DNA of 64,000 nucleotides from Sedimentisphaeraceae bacterium JB056. Its GTDB lineage: Bacteria > Planctomycetota > Phycisphaerae > Sedimentisphaerales > Sedimentisphaeraceae. Every line of letters begins with the position of its first letter. Position 1 is the first letter of the stretch. Below are positions 48,061-57,992 of this stretch, piece by piece. The translations under genes were made by a program, and so were the position numbers. Where the stretch lies: positions 32,001 through 96,000 of the forward strand of contig JBITAJ010000017.1 in NCBI GenBank assembly GCA_044440125.1. The letters run 5' to 3'. The notes under the pieces are model-generated. The model worked only from the letters and a program-made list of their open reading frames with translations. It was not told the origin of the DNA and ran no database searches.

Positions 48061-49296
48061 ATGAAGCAGTTAAGTTTGTTATCGTTTTGTTTATTGATTT
48101 GTGCCGGTTCTTTGCTTGCCGGCTCCCTAATCTCGGTCAGTCCTTCTGAGGCAATTGAAGGTGGAAACGTTGCATTGACTATCGAGGCAGAGAATACATC
48201 ATTTACCGCCGAAACGGTATTAGATGTAAATGTGATCAAAGGCGAAGTTGCCTTGGAAGCAGCAGAATTTTCAACTTTATCTGACACTCTTATTGAAGCA
48301 ACATTCGCAATACCGGATAATGCCGGTGAGGGTTTATGGTCAGTAGAGGTGCAATTAAGCGGCGATACTCTCACACTTGAAGACTGCGTTAACGTTTATG
48401 ACCCTGATATCAATGGTGATGGAATTGTCGATATATCTGATTTCAGGCTGTACGCTAAACATTTTCTCGAAATAATGGCAGGCTATACTCTCGTTCCCGA
48501 TTTAGTTTCGCTTAGTCAAAGCGCCGCCGAGCAGGACATTCTGGATGCGGGCTTGGTTTTAGGAACGGTTGGAGAGGTTTACAGTGATACCATTGACGCG
48601 GGATTGGTTATCAACCAGAATCCTGCTGCCGGTGAGTTATTGCCTGAGGCAGCTTTAGTGGCTCTTACCATATCAAAGGGGCCCGAGCCGGTAATTGTGC
48701 CAAACTTGTCATCTCTTATTCAAAATGATGCCCAAACCGCTATTATTGCCGCGGGCCTAAGCGTTGGCTCGATAACTGAGCAATACAGCTCAACTGTTGC
48801 GGCAGGTTTGGTTATCAGTCAATCGCCGTTAGCCGGTGAAAGCGTTGCACCGGGTTCGGCTGTTGATTTTGTTGTGTCTCTTGGTCAAGAACCGGCTCCT
48901 GAAGGCGGAGACCCCGCTGCCGTGAGCTGGGAGATTTTGGACGCTGATTGGGTGAAAAACACTTACGCCGACGGTTCGGTTACTTTAAGCGACAGTTCAT
49001 CCGGCCTGATGTGGCTGCATGATGCCTCTATGCTGGGTACTTCAGACTGGAGCGGGGCAAAGACCATTTGCAACAACCTCAACTATGGCGGCTACAGCGA
49101 CTGGTTCTCACCCAACGTTAATGACCTTAGAGATGTTTATAGTGTGAGATCGTTTTTTATCAATGTTCAGGCAACGCAATATTGGTCAGGAAGCTATGTT
49201 TACGGATACCAATACGTCGATATGAGCACCGGAAGTTCCTCGTATACCAGCAACTCAGGAAGAATTTATCGGGTTTGGGCTTGCCGTAACCAATAG
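48061..49296 (+). CDS. secreted protein: Ig-like, dockerin-like, two PASTA and DUF1566 (Lcl C-terminal)-like domains
   Basis: Signal peptide; DINGDGIVDISDF; VPDLVSL..VINQNP and VPNLSSL..VISQSP; DGSVTLSDSSSGLMW..C..L..GGYSDW..P..YWS. Confidence 0.8.
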   Translation: MKQLSLLSFCLLICAGSLLAGSLISVSPSEAIEGGNVALTIEAENTSFTAETVLDVNVIKGEVALEAAEFSTLSDTLIEATFAIPDNAGEGLWSVEVQLSGDTLTLEDCVNVYDPDINGDGIVDISDFRLYAKHFLEIMAGYTLVPDLVSLSQSAAEQDILDAGLVLGTVGEVYSDTIDAGLVINQNPAAGELLPEAALVALTISKGPEPVIVPNLSSLIQNDAQTAIIAAGLSVGSITEQYSSTVAAGLVISQSPLAGESVAPGSAVDFVVSLGQEPAPEGGDPAAVSWEILDADWVKNTYADGSVTLSDSSSGLMWLHDASMLGTSDWSGAKTICNNLNYGGYSDWFSPNVNDLRDVYSVRSFFINVQATQYWSGSYVYGYQYVDMSTGSSSYTSNSGRIYRVWACRNQ

Positions 49297-49566
49297 GAAA
49301 CCGTAGCCAAAATTTGATTTATTATGTCATTTTTTAAAGGGAACCGGTTAAAGTGATGTAAAGGTTTTAGGCTAAGTATAGAATTTCGTTAAAAGATAAA
49401 TTGTCAAAATTCCCATTTACCTTACGTTGGTGTTGTGGGTGATTCTCGGATTTGGTGGTAGCATCTGGTTTATTCTAAAGCTACAGCCAACAATTTAATG
49501 GCAGATTACTTAGCGTAAATTGTTTTTGTCAAAGATTTTCGGTTTGTAAAATATCGTTTAAACTTC

Positions 49567-49625
49567 AATCGCCGTGAGCTTTTCTTGTTTAGGAGAGTTC
49601 GCGGCGTTTTTTTATGAACTTTGGT
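49567..49625 (+). terminator. 59-bp duplicated terminator-like hairpin, copy 2
   Basis: Near-identical to 47705-47763; the two differences are at the loop. Confidence 0.75.
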
Positions 49626-49837
49626 GCTGCAAACTCGTATCTGTTAAAAAAATATCAATGTCTATTTTTGTTCATGTCAGGGCGGTTATTGTTCTGTTTG
49701 AGGACAAAATTCTTTTTCGGTCTTCAATCTATCATTGAAAAAGCTTTGGAATCGATTATACTTATGCGTTCATATTTGCTTGAATGTCAGTGGTTACAGC
49801 AGATAATTGTATTCTGTGAGAATAACAAGGAATAAAT

Positions 49838-50089
49838 ATGTCAGATAACAACAAAAAAGAGCCGTATCCGGTTATAAATATTTTAGAATGTAAGGCTTGC
49901 GGTCGCTGCATCGTTGCCTGTCCGAAGGGTGTGCTCAAGATGAGCGACAAGATCAATGAACGCGGCTATCACTATGTCGAGTTCAGCGGAGAGGGCTGCA
50001 TCGGCTGTGCAAACTGTTTCTATACGTGTCCTGAACCTAATGCGATTGAGGTTCATGTGCCGGATAAGAATAAGGACAAAAAAGACTAA
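49838..50089 (+). CDS. 2[4Fe-4S] ferredoxin subunit of 2-oxoacid:ferredoxin oxidoreductase (VorC-like)
   Basis: [12 protein letters not shown] and [12 protein letters not shown]. Confidence 0.9.
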   Translation: MSDNNKKEPYPVINILECKACGRCIVACPKGVLKMSDKINERGYHYVEFSGEGCIGCANCFYTCPEPNAIEVHVPDKNKDKKD

Positions 50090-50117
50090 TCCATTTGGAC
50101 TAAGGAGTTTACAACAA

Positions 50118-51167
50118 ATGGCTACACAATTGGTGAAAGGAAATACGGCGGTTATCGTTGGGGCATTATATGCCGGTTGCGATTGCTATTTCGGCTACCC
50201 TATAACGCCCGCTAGTGAAATACTGCACGAGGCTTCCAAGCTTTTCCCTAAGCTTGGGCGTAAATTCGTTCAGGCAGAATCGGAAGAGGCCGCTATCAAC
50301 ATGACTTTTGGCGGAGCGGCTGCGGGTCATAGAGTGATGACAGCTTCATCGGGCCCTGGAATAAGCCTCAAGCAGGAAGGCGTGTCATATATCGCGGGTG
50401 CAGAGCTGCCGTGTGTTATAGTGGATATCATGCGAGCAGGACCAGGCCTTGGCAACATCGGCCCTGAGCAGGGTGATTACAATCAGGTTGTAAAGGGCGG
50501 TGGCCACGGTAATTATAAAAATATCGTACTCGCACCATGCAACGTCCAGGAAATGTGCGATTTGACTATCAAGGCATTCGAGCTTTCATTCAAATACCGC
50601 AATCCGGTAGTCGTTCTCGCTGACGGCGTATTGGGTCAGATGATTGAGCCGATAAAATTCCCGGAAAATGCGGTAAAACCTGAAATAGACAGCAGTTGGG
50701 CAACAGCCGGTACTGCCCAGACACGTGAGAATCTTGTATCTTCAATTTTCCTCGATTTCGACCAGCTTGAAGATTTCAATTACAAGCTTCAGGAAAAATA
50801 TGCTGTGGTTGAGAAAAACGAGGTTGATTACGAAGCGGTTAATGTTGATGATGCTGATATTGTGCTTGTAAGTTACGGCATAAGCAGCCGTATATCAAAG
50901 ACCGCGGTAGAAAAAGCAAGGGCCAAGGGGATAAAGGCAGGTCTTTTCAGGCCCAAAACACTGTTCCCATTCCCGAAAAATGAGCTTAAGGAAATCGCAA
51001 AGCGTGATGTTAAGTTTGTTTCGGTTGAGATGAGTAATGGTCAGCTTGCTGACGATTTGCGTCTGGCTATCGAGTGTAAGAGAGATGTGGAGCTTGTCAA
51101 CAGGCTTGGCGGCAATTTGCTTACGCTTGATCAGGTAATGGAAAAAATTGAAGAACTTTCTGCGTAA
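50118..51167 (+). CDS. vorB: 2-oxoacid (2-ketoisovalerate-type):ferredoxin oxidoreductase alpha subunit
   Basis: [39 protein letters not shown]. Confidence 0.85.
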   Translation: MATQLVKGNTAVIVGALYAGCDCYFGYPITPASEILHEASKLFPKLGRKFVQAESEEAAINMTFGGAAAGHRVMTASSGPGISLKQEGVSYIAGAELPCVIVDIMRAGPGLGNIGPEQGDYNQVVKGGGHGNYKNIVLAPCNVQEMCDLTIKAFELSFKYRNPVVVLADGVLGQMIEPIKFPENAVKPEIDSSWATAGTAQTRENLVSSIFLDFDQLEDFNYKLQEKYAVVEKNEVDYEAVNVDDADIVLVSYGISSRISKTAVEKARAKGIKAGLFRPKTLFPFPKNELKEIAKRDVKFVSVEMSNGQLADDLRLAIECKRDVELVNRLGGNLLTLDQVMEKIEELSA

Positions 51168-51177
51168 AGGTTTTAAT

Positions 51178-52599
51178 ATGGCAGATAAAGTGATAAAAAC
51201 ACAAGGTTTATATTCGGAATTCCCGCGTAAAGGCGGGGCGGCTCCTACGGCTACTCACTATTGCCCGGGCTGCGGTCACGGCATACTTCACAAACTTATC
51301 GGTGAGGCGATGGCTGAGCTTGGTATTCAGGACAGGGCGGTAATGATCAGTCCGGTTGGATGTGCGGTATTTGCGTACTATTATTTCGATTGCGGCAACA
51401 TTCAGGTTGCTCACGGACGTGCTCCGGCAGTTGGTACGGGTGTTTCAAGGGCGCAGGATGATGCGGTTGTTATCGCTTATCAGGGCGATGGTGATTTGGC
51501 GTCTATCGGTCTCAATGAGACAATGCAGGCGGCTAACAGAGGCGAGAAGATCGCTGTATTCTTCGTGAACAACACTGTTTACGGCATGACAGGCGGCCAG
51601 ATGGCTCCTACAACGCTTATCGGTGAAAAAACTGTAACCTGTCCGACAGGTCGTGATCCAAGGCAGGCAGGCTATCCGCTGCATATGTGTGAAATAATCG
51701 ATAATCTCAAGGCTCCGGTATTCATTGAGCGAGTATCCATCTCGGATATGAGCAAAATACGCAAGGCAAGAAAGGCCGTTCGCAAGGCCCTTGAGATTCA
51801 GAGAGACGGCAAGGGCTATGCGTTTGTAGAGGTACTCAGCACATGCCCGACCAACCTTAAGGTTGATGCGATCGAGAATACAAAGTTCATCGATGAGCAA
51901 ATGGAAGCGGAATTCCCGCTTGGCAACTTCCGCGATCTGGCAGATCAGACAGAGCCGCTGAAAAGAAGCGAGAGCAACTTTGACAAGCAGGCGATTGACG
52001 ACTTGTTCGGATTGGCCGAGGGCAGTGATCCTGATGCGACTATTGATGAAAAATATGGACAAATAGGGCTTAAGATGGCCGGCTTTGGCGGTCAGGGCGT
52101 TCTCAGTCTTGGTATCGTAGCGGCAAGAGCGGCTTGCGGGCAAGGACGTCATGTATCGTGGTATCCTTCTTACGGCCCTGAGCAGCGAGGCGGTACGGCA
52201 AACTGTTCGGTTGTGATCTCCGGTTCGCCGGTGGGGTCGCCGGTTGTTTATGAGCCGGATATGCTTGTTGCTATGAATAAGCCTTCGCTTGAAAAGTTCG
52301 CCAATGATGTGAAAGAAGGCGGCTGGATACTTTATGACAAAGTTATCGGCGATTACGACTTCAAAAGCGGTGTGATGGCTGTGGCTGTTCCTGCTATGGA
52401 GCTTGCCGAGAAGCTTGGTTCGGCTAAGGCGGCCAATACATTTATGCTTGGTGTAATGATGCAGGTGGGTGTTACAAAGCTTCCTGAGGAAGCCTTCAAG
52501 AAGGCGCTTGAGAACAACTTTGCCGCGAAACCTAAGCTTGCCGAATTCAACCTCAAGGTGCTTGAGGAAGGCAAGAAGTGGGCGGCGGATAATATCTGA
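51178..52599 (+). CDS. 2-oxoacid:ferredoxin oxidoreductase fused beta (TPP-binding) and gamma subunit (VorA-like)
   Basis: [27 protein letters not shown]; then [16 protein letters not shown]. Confidence 0.88.
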   Translation: MADKVIKTQGLYSEFPRKGGAAPTATHYCPGCGHGILHKLIGEAMAELGIQDRAVMISPVGCAVFAYYYFDCGNIQVAHGRAPAVGTGVSRAQDDAVVIAYQGDGDLASIGLNETMQAANRGEKIAVFFVNNTVYGMTGGQMAPTTLIGEKTVTCPTGRDPRQAGYPLHMCEIIDNLKAPVFIERVSISDMSKIRKARKAVRKALEIQRDGKGYAFVEVLSTCPTNLKVDAIENTKFIDEQMEAEFPLGNFRDLADQTEPLKRSESNFDKQAIDDLFGLAEGSDPDATIDEKYGQIGLKMAGFGGQGVLSLGIVAARAACGQGRHVSWYPSYGPEQRGGTANCSVVISGSPVGSPVVYEPDMLVAMNKPSLEKFANDVKEGGWILYDKVIGDYDFKSGVMAVAVPAMELAEKLGSAKAANTFMLGVMMQVGVTKLPEEAFKKALENNFAAKPKLAEFNLKVLEEGKKWAADNI

Positions 52600-52625
52600 T
52601 AACTACCTGAAACAGCGTGATATAT

Positions 52626-52661
52626 AAAAGAGATCGGATTGAAAGTCCGGTCTCTTTTTTT
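52626..52661 (+). terminator. intrinsic terminator after the vor operon
   Basis: AAAAGAGATCGGA-ttgaaag-TCCGGTCTCTTTTTTT. Confidence 0.8.
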
Positions 52662-52662
52662 A

Positions 52663-52691
52663 TTGACAACTTATAATTTGGATAATATACT
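52663..52691 (+). promoter_or_regulatory. sigma70 promoter
   Basis: TTGACA-N17-TATACT. Confidence 0.6.
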
Positions 52692-52751
52692 TGCTTTCCT
52701 CTGGTTTACTTCAGTTTGATATTGGTATTATTTTATTAGGGGAGATATTGA

Positions 52752-53534
52752 ATGTATTGTCCAAAATGCGGCACGCTTAATCCAGACGACGGCAAGTTGT
52801 GTCAGGTATGCAGTTGGGTTCTCAGAGGGGAAGGCAATTCAACGATTGCCGAAAATCCTGAGGCTAAAATGAGTAAGATGGCGGTCACTTCGCTTGTGTT
52901 GGGAATTCTTGGAGCTTTCACCTTTGGCATTACTATTCTGCCGGCCATGATACTCGGGCTTATAGCCATGTTCAAGATTGACAGAAGTGCCGGTCGGCTT
53001 CGAGGCAAGGGGTTTGCTATAGCGGGCTTATGTTTAACGGTTTTTATTTTTCCTATTTTCATGGCTATTATGATGCCGGCTCTTGGTCAGGCGCGAGGTA
53101 TGGCTCAACGATTAATATGTGGTGAAAATCTTATAGGGCTTGGTATTGCTGTTCAGGTGTATGCCAACGATAATGAGGGCAAGGTGCCGGAGGGATATGA
53201 TTGGTGTGATGTGCTGATTACCGATTGTGATGTATCTGAGAAGCAGTTTGAATGTCCGAGAATGAAAGAAGAAAGTTCTGCGTATGCTCTCAATATAAAT
53301 GCGGCAGGTAAGGAGCTTGCCTCCCTACCCGCTGATATGGTTTTGCTTTATGAGAGTGTGCCGGGGTGGAATAACTGCGGCGGTTCTGAGCTATTGAATG
53401 TTGAAAATCATAGTGGTAATGGATGTAATATACTGTTTTGTGATGGACAGGTGTCATTTATTAAGACTTATGAATTGGATTATCTAATCTGGACTGAAGA
53501 AGAGGCAGAGGAGGTTGGCTATGCTCAAGACTAA
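52752..53534 (+). CDS. zinc-ribbon, DUF4190-like membrane and H-X9-DG pilin-like domain protein
   Basis: CPKCG..CQVC; MAVTSLVLGIL..GKGFAIAG; AIMMPALGQARGMAQRLIC; HSGNGCNILFCDG. Confidence 0.8.
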   Translation: MYCPKCGTLNPDDGKLCQVCSWVLRGEGNSTIAENPEAKMSKMAVTSLVLGILGAFTFGITILPAMILGLIAMFKIDRSAGRLRGKGFAIAGLCLTVFIFPIFMAIMMPALGQARGMAQRLICGENLIGLGIAVQVYANDNEGKVPEGYDWCDVLITDCDVSEKQFECPRMKEESSAYALNINAAGKELASLPADMVLLYESVPGWNNCGGSELLNVENHSGNGCNILFCDGQVSFIKTYELDYLIWTEEEAEEVGYAQD

Positions 53535-54402
53535 GAAATACATCAATTACAGCGATATCGTAAGCTTTTCGTGGAATCTTGTTACCTCCAATATTGGGCT
53601 TTTCATAAAAGTCGTGCTCACCTATATAATTGTACTTGGAATAACTTTGGGTGCCCAGATTTATATTGAGGAAAATTATCTATCTGAACAGCGGCAATTC
53701 GATGGTGCCGCTTATGGCCAGGCCAATATGCAAGATACCTATCAAACTTCGCCAATGGACGAAGGGCAGGCTTCTTATCCTGAAGCTGCAGTCCAGGCAA
53801 GAGAAGAGACGATTGCCGGGGTTGTAAATTTCGTTCTGTCGATTGTATATAATATACTTTGTGTGGTGATGGGAATTGGTTTTTTCAGAATAATATTTAC
53901 TTTGTTCGATGGTGGGAAGGCGAAGTTGAGTATGCTGTTTTGTACAGGCGGATGTTTCTGGCGATTTGTACTTACAACGATCCTATTCTATCTTGTTGTT
54001 CTTTTGGGGTATATTCTTCTGATAGTACCTGGAATTATATTCGCAGTGAAATTCAGTCTTGCACCGTTTTTTGTGATCGATAAGGGGCTTGGTCCTATCC
54101 AGGCATTGAAGGCCAGCTCAAGGGCGACTGCTTATATGAAATGGCACTGGTTTGGGTTTATGTTCGTGGCATACATGGTAATGTTTGCCGGGTTTATGGT
54201 TTTGGGAATAGGTGCGATTGTTTCTTATCCTGTGGGGCTTGTGATGCTTGCTCTTGGTTTCAGGCAGCTTGCCGCTCAGACGCCTGAGCTTGAGGAGTTT
54301 GGTGTAAAGACAATGTTCCAAACTCAGCAGCCGGCAGCGGAGCCAGTTTACCAAACAGAACCACAACAGATTCCGCAGCAACCGACAGATACGGATGTGT
54401 GA
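53521..54402 (+). CDS. integral membrane protein (DUF975-like)
   Basis: GYILLIVPGII..FSLAPFFVID..GPIQALKAS; Gln/Pro-rich tail. Confidence 0.7.
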   Translation: MLKTKKYINYSDIVSFSWNLVTSNIGLFIKVVLTYIIVLGITLGAQIYIEENYLSEQRQFDGAAYGQANMQDTYQTSPMDEGQASYPEAAVQAREETIAGVVNFVLSIVYNILCVVMGIGFFRIIFTLFDGGKAKLSMLFCTGGCFWRFVLTTILFYLVVLLGYILLIVPGIIFAVKFSLAPFFVIDKGLGPIQALKASSRATAYMKWHWFGFMFVAYMVMFAGFMVLGIGAIVSYPVGLVMLALGFRQLAAQTPELEEFGVKTMFQTQQPAAEPVYQTEPQQIPQQPTDTDV

Positions 54403-54989
54403 TGGTAAAATCAACCGTTTCCGATAGACCAAAGTCCAAGGTTAGTAAGACGGTTTGTATATCGCTTTTCTTGAGCGTACTGGTATTACTGACTTTGGGG
54501 CTTATAATCTGGCCTGCCGTTAGAGTTGTAATGTCTTTGGGGAATCGATTGATATGCGGCACTAATCTTGTGGGCGTTGGTGTGGCGGTTTCTGTTTACT
54601 CAGATGATTATGATGGCAGAGTTCCGGAATGTGATAATTGGAATGATATATTGATTGCCGAATGCGATGTGTTACGTAAACAGTTTCAGTGCAATTATAT
54701 GAAAGGTGAAGGTTCCTCTTATGCTCTCAACGCAAATGCGGCAGGTAAAGAACTCGAATCGTTGCCTGCTGATATGGTTTTGATTTATGAAAGCGTGCCG
54801 GGATGGAATAGATGCGGTGGTTCTGAATTATTGAATATTGAAAATCATGATGGAGAAGGGTGTAGTGTTCTGTTTTGCAGCGGGGCTGTGTCATTTGTTA
54901 AAACTGAAGAATTAGACTCTCTTGTCTGGAGTGAAGAACAGGCATCAGAGGTGGACGCTGCTGAGGATGCTAAGGTGACTCAAGAATAA
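54402..54989 (+). CDS. single-TM pilin-like protein, paralog of 52752..53534
   Basis: SYALNANAAGKELESLPADMVLIYESVPGWN nearly identical to the paralog; HDGEGCSVLFCSG. Confidence 0.75.
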   Translation: MVKSTVSDRPKSKVSKTVCISLFLSVLVLLTLGLIIWPAVRVVMSLGNRLICGTNLVGVGVAVSVYSDDYDGRVPECDNWNDILIAECDVLRKQFQCNYMKGEGSSYALNANAAGKELESLPADMVLIYESVPGWNRCGGSELLNIENHDGEGCSVLFCSGAVSFVKTEELDSLVWSEEQASEVDAAEDAKVTQE

Positions 54990-55009
54990 TTGGTAAGAAA
55001 GTATGATGC

Positions 55010-55438
55010 ATGAATAAAGAAATTACAGGCAGGGTATTGAGTTGTGTGTTAATAGCTTCCGCTTTTGGCTGGGGGATATCGGCTGCCGGAATTTTTGCAT
55101 CCTGGGATTTTGTAGTAGATCAATTGAATGGACTTGGCGGTGATGTGTCTGGTGATCCAATGCTCAATTACTGGTTCAGGATGACTGCGGTGGCGTTTAC
55201 TTTTATAGGCTGTCATTTTCTCTATCTGTCAATCAAACCGGAGACTAAGATTGTTCAGCTTAAAATCGCAGCGTTCTTTAAGTTGGTTCTGGGGGTTGTA
55301 TTATTGTTCTATTGGGCGAAGCTCAAACTGTTTATCATTCCATGCGGCGTTGATGCTCTTTTCTGTCTGGCGGCAGGTGGTTCAATTCTGCTGTGTGTTT
55401 TCAAAATAGATAAAGGGGCTAAAGCAGATTATGAATAA
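55010..55438 (+). CDS. 4-TM membrane protein, unknown function
   Basis: Four hydrophobic segments, co-oriented in the operon. Confidence 0.65.
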   Translation: MNKEITGRVLSCVLIASAFGWGISAAGIFASWDFVVDQLNGLGGDVSGDPMLNYWFRMTAVAFTFIGCHFLYLSIKPETKIVQLKIAAFFKLVLGVVLLFYWAKLKLFIIPCGVDALFCLAAGGSILLCVFKIDKGAKADYE

Positions 55439-56510
55439 CAAGCTTAGAGATAAAATTAGGTATGAATATCTTTATGAAGATGAAGAGATAATAAATATAA
55501 TACTAGTTACTATGTGTGAGAATGCTTATATTAAAAAAGGCATGGCGACTTACTTTATATTGACAGATGAAAATGTATGTTTTTATCTTAAAAAAGGACT
55601 ACTTGGTTCAACGGATGTATTTGTTAGATGTGATATTACAGATATTAACTCTATTACTATCCACAATAAACACATCTGCCATAAAATTAAAATAAAGTTA
55701 TCTGATGACGAGATAGAATTCGATCTGTATAAAACAGGATGGAAGCTTGAGGAAATAATTGAACAATTAATCTCGCTTAGAGAGTCTGGTGTTAAAATAT
55801 ACCATGAAGAGTCCTATCCAATAAAAGCGATAGCTGCAATAAGTATCTTTTGTATTATCACTGTTGTCATTATTTCGGCTATTTTGCCATCCAATTCTGA
55901 ATCGAATTCTAAAGAACAGACTAATAACTCAACTCAAGTAATCGAGGAGAAAGAATTTATTAAGAGGTTGGATAGGGCTGGTGCTTCAAATAGAGTAATA
56001 CGTTATTTTAGAGACAATAAAACGTTGTTAGATATTAATAGTAAGTCTTACGATTTTTTTATCAAATCAGCTAAACGAGGTAATATATATGATGAACAAA
56101 AAGTTAAAGTCATTTTTAACGGGGATATAATTTTTACTTATGTCCTGCAATTTAGAGGTTCTCTCGGAATAGTTTTTCTTGACAGTTATTATGGTGAGTT
56201 TCTTGATTATGTATATGATGAAAAACAAATAAGTAATTACCCTGAAATACCAGAATTTGAAATAGCTCATGGACTATTTCTTGGGACAGGTCAGATTGAT
56301 TTGGATATAGTTATACCAAGTCTTCAAAAAAGTATGTCGGCTAAGGAAATAAAAAACATCGCATCATCATTGTTGGAACTTACAGAAGCAGATATTGTGT
56401 GCTTGTATAATTCCAAAGCTGCTCAGGAAAAAGCGATGAATGGATCAGGAAATTATTCATGGGGTTATTTTGGCAGATTTACTAATGGTAAATATAACGA
56501 TGTTTTTTAG
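55431..56510 (+). CDS. hypothetical bitopic membrane protein (N-terminal bacterial PH-like domain)
   Basis: FILTDENVCFY..DITDINSIT PH-like pattern; central TM; markedly AT-rich DNA. Confidence 0.6.
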   Translation: MNNKLRDKIRYEYLYEDEEIINIILVTMCENAYIKKGMATYFILTDENVCFYLKKGLLGSTDVFVRCDITDINSITIHNKHICHKIKIKLSDDEIEFDLYKTGWKLEEIIEQLISLRESGVKIYHEESYPIKAIAAISIFCIITVVIISAILPSNSESNSKEQTNNSTQVIEEKEFIKRLDRAGASNRVIRYFRDNKTLLDINSKSYDFFIKSAKRGNIYDEQKVKVIFNGDIIFTYVLQFRGSLGIVFLDSYYGEFLDYVYDEKQISNYPEIPEFEIAHGLFLGTGQIDLDIVIPSLQKSMSAKEIKNIASSLLELTEADIVCLYNSKAAQEKAMNGSGNYSWGYFGRFTNGKYNDVF

Positions 56511-56535
56511 ATTTTGTTTAGTCTGGAGATGAATA

Positions 56536-57816
56536 ATGAGTTTGGCAAAGATGCGGTTTAGTGCTTCAATCCTTGGCAGAGAATTTATAGCGGGTTTGAC
56601 CACTTATCTGACGATGTCTTATATAGTGTTTGTTAATCCGGGGATTCTTGCTGAGGCCGGCATGGACAGAGCGGCTCTTATCGCTGTTACGTGTCTTGTA
56701 AGTGCGGCTGCATCAATCATCAGCGGGCTCTATACCAATACGCCCATCGCGATGGCTCCGGGGATGGGGCTGAACGCATTCTTCACATACACACTTGTAG
56801 TCGGTGACGGCATGAGCTGGCAGGCGGCGCTCGGTGTTGTATTCATATCGGGCTTGAGCTTTTTTATCCTGACCTGTTTTGGCATACGCAAGATGTTTGC
56901 TGAGGCGATTCCGGCAAATCTGCTCAAGGCGATTTCTGTCGGCATAGGACTTTTCATTGCGTTTATCGGTTTGCAGAAGCTTGGCTTGATCGTTGCCGAT
57001 CCGGTTACGTTTGTGAAGGCGGGCGATTTGAACGCGAATATATTTACAGGTTTTGCCGGTTTGCTTGTGATGCTGTTTCTCAAACACTATAACAAGAGCT
57101 ATGCGATGATAGCGGGTATTGCCGCGGCTACTGTGATCGGCTTTTTGCGGGGCGATGTGAGCATGCCTGATGAAGTTATGACTTCATCTTTAGGCATAGG
57201 CAAAATTGCTCTGAAACTCGATATTCTTGCGGCATTGAAAATCAGCTTTCTCTCGCATATCTTCACGTTGATGTTTGTTGACATGTTTGACAGTTTGGGG
57301 ACGATAACTGGTATCCTTGATTCGCATCCAGATGCCGCCGGTAAAAGCAAAAATCCGGTGGGGCGGCTGCTGATGGCAGACTCTGTTGCAACGATGTTTG
57401 GTGCGGTGCTTGGCACATCCACGACAACCGCTTATATCGAATCTGCGGCAGGAGTCGAGGAAGGCGGCAGAACCGGAATGACGGCAATATTTACAGGGCT
57501 TCTATTCGCAGTTACAATGTTCTTCGTTCCACTGATTGGGATTGTGCCTGGGTATGCGGTGGCTCCGGCTTTAATTATGGTTGGGTTTGCGATGACGGCA
57601 AATATCAAAAACATCGACTTTAAAAATGTAGAGCAGGCATTCCCTGCTTTTGTTACGATACTGATGATTGCTTTGAGCTACAGCATAAGCACAGGTCTTG
57701 CTTTTGGATTTTTGACATACACAGTATTGCACGCCCTGACAGGCAAGGTGAGAGAAATAAAACCATTGATGTGGATTATAACACTGCTGTCGATATTATT
57801 CCTTATACTTAATTGA
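56536..57816 (+). CDS. NCS2/AzgA family purine permease
   Basis: AGLTTYLTMSYI.FVNP.IL, MAPGMGLNAFF, YIESAAGVEEGGRTG. Confidence 0.92.
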   Translation: MSLAKMRFSASILGREFIAGLTTYLTMSYIVFVNPGILAEAGMDRAALIAVTCLVSAAASIISGLYTNTPIAMAPGMGLNAFFTYTLVVGDGMSWQAALGVVFISGLSFFILTCFGIRKMFAEAIPANLLKAISVGIGLFIAFIGLQKLGLIVADPVTFVKAGDLNANIFTGFAGLLVMLFLKHYNKSYAMIAGIAAATVIGFLRGDVSMPDEVMTSSLGIGKIALKLDILAALKISFLSHIFTLMFVDMFDSLGTITGILDSHPDAAGKSKNPVGRLLMADSVATMFGAVLGTSTTTAYIESAAGVEEGGRTGMTAIFTGLLFAVTMFFVPLIGIVPGYAVAPALIMVGFAMTANIKNIDFKNVEQAFPAFVTILMIALSYSISTGLAFGFLTYTVLHALTGKVREIKPLMWIITLLSILFLILN

Positions 57817-57992
57817 GTGTGTATTTGATATGCCGTAATTTCAAGTTGTGGCTGTTACTCAGGTAATGTAAGTATTTTAAGTTAATTCATTGTGTATTTG
57901 TGTTCTATGTGCTAAAATGCAATGTGTAAGTATTGACGGTGATGTTATAAGAAAGTATTGGTTGTTAATACAATACTAAAAGGAGGAGAACT

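Noticed and set aside
49370..49498. hydrophobic reading-frame fragment IVKIPIYLTLVLWVILGFGGSIWFILKLQPTI
   Set aside because: No start codon, preceded by an in-frame stop; may be a gene remnant but cannot be supported without a homology search
47705..49625. 59-bp repeats as integron attC sites or CRISPR repeats
   Set aside because: No RYYYAAC/GTTRRRY ends, only two copies 1.9 kb apart, no intI or cas genes; the T-tract fits a terminator
49614..49835. 73-aa ORF, and the 66-aa minus ORF at 47750-47950
   Set aside because: Each begins or ends within the duplicated hairpin, with no RBS or recognisable protein features
51445..52152. 235-aa antisense ORF
   Set aside because: Shadow of the oxidoreductase beta-gamma gene
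57818..57934. short repeats TGTGTATTTG and TGTAAGTATT, each twice, upstream of the LamG gene
   Set aside because: Irregular spacing in AT-rich DNA; could arise by chance
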